NCBI GenBank assembly: GCA_051294905.1
Contig: CM119386.1
Span: forward strand, 4,960,001-5,024,000
DNA from: Botryllus schlosseri
Taxonomy: Eukaryota
Length of the DNA stretch: 64,000 nt
Direction of reading: 5' to 3'
Shown: piece after piece, positions 63,275 to 64,000 of the stretch
Numbering within the stretch: the stretch's first letter is position 1
Layout of the letters: each line of letters begins with the position of its first letter
Made by a program: the position numbers and the translations under genes
Notes under the pieces: generated by a model
Database searches by the model: none
What the model was told of the DNA's origin: nothing
Seen by the model: the letters and a program-made list of their open reading frames with translations, nothing else

Positions 63275-64000
63275 TCATTTCAATATGAATATACTATTTG
63301 ATTTGATATCTTGAGGCTTATACACTTTTTATAAATCCTTCAGTTTCGTCATCAACTTTTCCCAAACATCGCTATACTGTGCCAGCATAAATAAAAATAG
63401 TTGAAACGACTTGACGAAGCCTGTCTATCAATCCGATTGAAGGCACCCTGTCACCGCAATTCCTTCGACGTGTAGATCCCGCGTAGATACAGTGGCGCTA
63501 AATCGTTTCTCAATGACATCCCGTCACCACAACAGCGATCTATCAGTACTTTGCAATCTCATGAATATCATTACCTCTAACGACCCACCGCATATCGCAT
63601 TCTAAAAACGCTTGAGCGCAACATATCAAAACAAACCGCGCGCAAATCAGTGCACACCGGCGTTAGCGGGAGTTCAACGACTGGCTTATATTGACGCGTT
63701 ACCCTCCGCCACCCCACTCCCTCCGCCACCCCACTCAACTTGTATAATACAATTGTTTCGAGAGCCGAGACTCCGACATATTATGCAGTATCGCTCCAAT
63801 TGAACTATTTCGGCGAGCGGCGCACGACTTCTCGAGTGATCGATATCTTTGGTCGATAAAAAAAGAACGCCCTTGACTCAAAGTACATTTCTTAATTATT
63901 TATTGTGTCAGCCTCATGACGCAACGCTCTTCTTCATCAATTCAAAAAGTGGAACGGCCGGCATTAGCGGGAAGTAGGCTACTAGTGCTGAAGGGCAATG

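Larger units (their letters stand above)
62995..63300. mobile_element. Inverted pair of PLE 3'-end repeats (pLTR-like hairpin)
   Basis: Arms at about 63033-63147 and 63184-63300 are reverse complements. Confidence 0.82.

Overview
AT-rich animal genomic DNA with many 56-70 nt introns. It is most likely an invertebrate chordate such as a tunicate; this is inferred from gene architecture and not proven. Genes: (1) MCU, mitochondrial calcium uniporter, + strand, 7 coding exons, 75-7689; (2) an unrecognised single-exon coiled-coil ORF, +, 9136-10002; (3) TIMM23, - strand, 4 coding exons, 10896-12825; (4) a canonical ankyrin (ANK1/2/3 co-ortholog), - strand, 15676-56189. For the ankyrin I could phase 44 exons by hand, covering 24 ANK repeats, ZU5-ZU5-UPA, the death domain and a short tail; the first coding exon was not located. 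Main finding 1: a 12,843-nt, phase-symmetric giant cassette exon (20810-33652, 4,281 aa) between UPA and the death domain, the same slot as the vertebrate giant AnkB/AnkG exon, with two internal protein repeat arrays. Main finding 2: a dispersed ~150-bp repeat that is the 3' end of a Penelope-like GIY-YIG retroelement and encodes a minimal type I hammerhead ribozyme with an apparent 7-bp loop II pseudoknot. Also present: several hAT-type MITEs with 8-bp TSDs and a 1.18-kb foldback element built from TTAGGG-containing G-rich repeats. All exon calls were read by eye from splice signals and phase, with no expression data.
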